From Bacteroidales bacterium (GTDB taxonomy: Bacteria > Bacteroidota > Bacteroidia > Bacteroidales > UBA3663), in NCBI GenBank assembly GCA_045627785.1, contig JAZQOF010000012.1, positions 1,238 through 65,237 of the forward strand: a stretch of DNA of 64,000 nt, written 5' to 3'. The position numbers and the translations under genes are program-made. The notes below the pieces were generated by a model. The model saw only the letters and a program-made list of their open reading frames with translations, had not been told where the DNA came from and ran no database searches. The stretch's first letter is position 1; the number at the start of each line of letters is the position of its first letter. Below, in pieces: positions 63,143 through 64,000 of the stretch.

Positions 63143-64000
63143 TGAAAAAACATTTACTCATTTCACTAATCTCTCTTATGCCTGCGTTAGCTTTGCAGGC
63201 TCAGACTGAGTCGGCTGCCGATGCTGTCAAGAACATGGGTCTTGGTTGGAACCTCGGTAATACTCTCGATGCCAACAATGGTAATGGTGCTAAGCCTGAA
63301 GATGCTTCTTATTGGGGCGTTCAGGGTCTCGAATCTGAAAATTGTTGGGGTCAGCCAACGACTTCCAAAGAGCTCATCAAAATGATGAAGAATGCCGGTT
63401 TCGGTGCAATCCGTGTGCCTATCACATGGTACAACCACATGGATGCTGACGGAAAGGTCGATGCAGCTTGGATGAAGCGTGTGCACGAAGTCGTTGACTA
63501 TGTCATCAACGAGGATCTCTATTGTATCATCAACGTTCACCACGATACAGGTTGTGATGGTGGTAATTTCCATTCTTGGATCAAGGCAGACATTGACAAC
63601 TATAACGAGAACAAAGAAAAGTTCGAAGGTCTCTGGACACAGATCGCTGAAGAATTTAAGGACTATGGTCAGAAGCTTGTTTTTGCCGGATACAACGAAA
63701 TGCTCGATGCAGTAAAATATGATAATGGCAAGGTAGGTTCATGGTGCTACGCTTCGTTCTCTTCAGCTGGTCAGTACGATGAGAAGGTAGCAAAGTCGGC
63801 TTACGAGGGAATCAACGGTTATGCACAGAGCTTTGTCAACGCTGTTCGTGCTACAGGTGGCAACAATGCAGACCGTAACCTTGTCGTTCCTACTTATGCA
63901 GCTGCTGGCGGTGTTGGCGCTGGTACAGGTTGGAACAACGACCATCTTCTCGAACCTCTTACTGAAATGAAGTATCCAGAGGATTCTGCCGAAGGTCATA
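63143..64000 (+). CDS. GH5 endo-glycanase (cellulase-family), 5' partial, runs off the window
   Basis: Open frame from ATG 63143 to the window end, not in the ORF track because it has no stop. Signal peptide MKKHLLISLISLMPALALQAQ. GH5 motifs GWNLGNTLD, RVPITW, INVHHD and FAGYNEM (acid/base Glu). Confidence 0.8.

Overview
This window looks like Bacteroidales chromosome, probably Prevotella/Segatella-like. The evidence is SusC/SusD genes, many lipoproteins with a Cys lipobox, TAnnTTTG-type promoter boxes and no Shine-Dalgarno sites. I saw no rRNA, tRNA, CRISPR array, transposase or integrase. Layout: (1) 0.1-14.4 kb, + strand: a beta-glucan polysaccharide utilisation locus (PUL). It has a DUF6377-type membrane regulator, SusC, SusD, an 821-aa surface glycan-binding lipoprotein with a tandemly duplicated C-terminal module, a BACON+GH16 enzyme and a GH3 enzyme. 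An AT-rich gene for a HEIGH (M57-like) metallopeptidase lipoprotein interrupts it. (2) 14.5-23.6 kb: housekeeping genes. These are an RluA-family pseudouridine synthase with an odd Cys-motif N-terminal domain, pnp with an Arg/Asp-rich tail, a thioredoxin-fold lipoprotein lacking CxxC, greA, a HIT protein, clpP, clpX and a GSCFA protein. (3) 23.9-24.6 kb: a HigB/RelE-like toxin plus an XRE antitoxin. (4) 24.6-53.7 kb, - strand: the stand-out feature, a roughly 29-kb tightly packed 14-gene locus. It starts with a DUF3575-like outer-membrane barrel gene, followed by 12 paralogous fimbrillin (type V pilin, FimA/Mfa1-superfamily) lipoproteins of 409-1030 aa. Four of these carry GLUG-like adhesin modules, three are tandem double modules, and one carries RG[DE]G repeats including two RGD tripeptides. 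The locus has an A15/T15 tract in its promoter region and a 42-bp tandem hairpin-repeat array in its only long intergenic gap. (5) 53.8-64 kb: a porin-like gene overlapping an SF1 helicase gene, an RprX/RprY-like two-component pair, a 2-hydroxyacid dehydrogenase, a small acidic protein, a PatB/MalY-type C-S lyase and the 5' part of a GH5 glycanase. Across the window, a dispersed AT-rich heptamer repeat (AATTGAT / ATCAATT) fills several intra-operon gene junctions and also appears in frame inside the rluA-like CDS. All family assignments come from motif recognition by eye. No database search was run.
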